DNA from: Sphaerochaeta globosa str. Buddy
Lineage (GTDB): Bacteria > Spirochaetota > Spirochaetia > Sphaerochaetales > Sphaerochaetaceae
Reading direction: 5' to 3'
Length of the DNA: 24,000 bases
Assembly (NCBI RefSeq): GCF_000190435.1
Contig: NC_015152.1
Span: 230,458-254,457, forward strand
Below the pieces are notes generated by a model. It made no database searches. It was not told the DNA's origin and worked only from the letters and a program-made list of their open reading frames with translations. Below, piece after piece: positions 22,849 through 24,000 of the stretch (positions are counted from its first letter, which is position 1; every line of letters begins with the position of its first letter). Position numbers and translations under genes: made by a program.

Positions 22849-24000
22849 GTGGGCAGCAGTGTGAGGAACCGAATTCAGAGACAGCTTCTCCTAATGGCTA
22901 TTGATGCTATATTGCTATGCATCTGTGCCGCTCTCTCCCTGTGGATAGTGTATGCAACATATGACGCAACTGTGGTGATGTTCACCCTGTTTGCCTCCAT
23001 GATCCTGCTGCTCTCCCTCTCCATGACCCGTTTCTATTACATCCGCGTCAGCGAAGGCTCGCTGGATCTGGTGAACAGGGCTGTGGCGGGCTTTTTGCTC
23101 CCTGCCTTGGTATCGGTCTTGCTTCCCTTGTTCCTGCAAGGCATCCACTCCCTTTGGATTCCCTACTTTGTAGTCTTCTGGGGTTCTTCCTTTCTGACCA
23201 TGCTGGGAATACGGTTTGCGTACAGAAGCTTCCGGAATTATTACACACGCCAGACACACAACAACAATCCCCGCACCGTCATCTATGGGGCAGGTGAGCT
23301 GGGTAACGCATTGGTGCGCCAGTACCAACGGGGTAAACTTCCCTACCACATTGCAGCCTTCATCGACGATAATGCCGCCCTGAAAGGAACCTACTTGTTG
23401 GGCATACGAGTATGGGGAACGGTGGATGACCTGTCCGAAGTTTTGGCACAGGTACATGCCAAAGTCCTCATTATTGCCATCACGCACATAGACCAAGCGC
23501 GCATGCTTACTGCCATCGATGCAGCAAGGGATGCAGGCTGTGACATCAAGGTCATCCCCTCGCTGTTTGAAATGCAGCAGGGTGCCAAGGAACTGGACCT
23601 CAGAAACCTCGACTACGGTGACCTATTGGGACGCTCGTTGATCAGCATCGACAAGGAGCCGATCAAGAAAATGGTCCTGCAGAAGCGGGTGCTCATCACC
23701 GGTGCCGGCGGCTCCATCGGCAGCGAGATCTGCAAGCAGCTGCTGACCTACGGACCCGCCCAGTTGATCCTCCTGGATATCGACGAAACCGAGCTGCACG
23801 ACCTGTCGCTGAGGCTTCACAACTACCAGAAGGAGTGGAGCGACCTGGTCGTCCCGGTGGTCTGCGACATCAAGAACCGCAAGAAGATCGACAGGATCAT
23901 GGAGCAGTACAAGCCGCAGCTGGTTTTCCATGCGGCTGCCTACAAGCACGTGCCGCTTCAGGAACTCTATCCCGAGGAAGCCATCACGACCAACATTCTG
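22849..24000 (+). CDS. CapD/WbpM/PglF-family polysaccharide biosynthesis protein (membrane-anchored NDP-sugar 4,6-dehydratase/epimerase), 3'-truncated by the window end
   Basis: This frame-1 ORF is absent from the supplied track because it runs off the window. Hydrophobic N-terminal segments are followed by 'RTVIYGAGELGNAL' and the SDR Rossmann motif 'VLITGAGGSIGSEICKQLL' (23689 onward), then 'VFHAAAYKHVPL'. It is open from 22831. The start is uncertain: GTG 22849, GTG 22861 or ATG 22894. Confidence 0.85.
   Translation, partial: MGSSVRNRIQRQLLLMAIDAILLCICAALSLWIVYATYDATVVMFTLFASMILLLSLSMTRFYYIRVSEGSLDLVNRAVAGFLLPALVSVLLPLFLQGIHSLWIPYFVVFWGSSFLTMLGIRFAYRSFRNYYTRQTHNNNPRTVIYGAGELGNALVRQYQRGKLPYHIAAFIDDNAALKGTYLLGIRVWGTVDDLSEVLAQVHAKVLIIAITHIDQARMLTAIDAARDAGCDIKVIPSLFEMQQGAKELDLRNLDYGDLLGRSLISIDKEPIKKMVLQKRVLITGAGGSIGSEICKQLLTYGPAQLILLDIDETELHDLSLRLHNYQKEWSDLVVPVVCDIKNRKKIDRIMEQYKPQLVFHAAAYKHVPLQELYPEEAITTNIL

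Noticed and set aside
21563-23496. Antisense ORFs 21563..22165 (200 aa) and 22915..23496 (193 aa).
   Set aside because: They lie opposite the AroE-like and CapD-like genes respectively. Both plus-strand genes carry unmistakable family motifs. The antisense translations are low-complexity and His/Gly/Gln-rich.

Overview
This is a chromosomal segment of about 50% GC by eye, with Shine-Dalgarno-led starts, from a saccharolytic bacterium. I cannot assign a taxon from sequence alone, and all calls rest on motif recognition, not database searches.

Layout, left to right:
1. 1-9.06 kb is a carbohydrate-utilisation locus. On the minus strand it has an LplB-type ABC permease, a GH3 beta-glycosidase and a large solute-binding protein. 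A divergent AraC regulator is followed by a Gfo/Idh/MocA oxidoreductase and a cytoplasmic 669-aa fusion of a LamG/DUF1080-like domain with an FG-GAP-type beta-propeller.
2. 9.1-9.8 kb holds an intact AbiEi-type antitoxin gene followed by only a 33-codon stump of its AbiEii toxin partner.
3. 9.8-12.5 kb holds a sialate-O-acetylesterase-like SGNH esterase and a multi-pass membrane protein.
4. 12.6-15.1 kb is a selenium-utilisation operon, yedE-yedF-DUF3343-selD. The SelD is the Cys type.
5. About 15.25-20.4 kb is a visibly AT-rich island. It has two tandem Walker-ATPase genes with PD-(D/E)xK-like C-termini (DUF4143 type). These are separated by an array of eight 23-bp tandem repeats that ends 8 bp before a near-consensus promoter. 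A frameshifted copy of the 3' end of a transglutaminase-like gene follows, then an AT-rich tract with a helically phased 9-bp motif, then an AlbA_2/HATPase_c_4-type ATPase gene.
6. The intact transglutaminase-like gene comes next. Its 3' end is the second copy of a roughly 230-bp direct repeat, offset by 2,073 bp.
7. Last are a non-canonical AroE-like dehydrogenase, a NusG paralog and the 5' part of a CapD/WbpM-type polysaccharide biosynthesis gene that runs off the window.

The most unusual part is the 15.25-20.4 kb island: its repeat architecture, its ATPase-nuclease pair and its att-like duplication. I found no rRNA, tRNA, CRISPR array, transposase or integrase.
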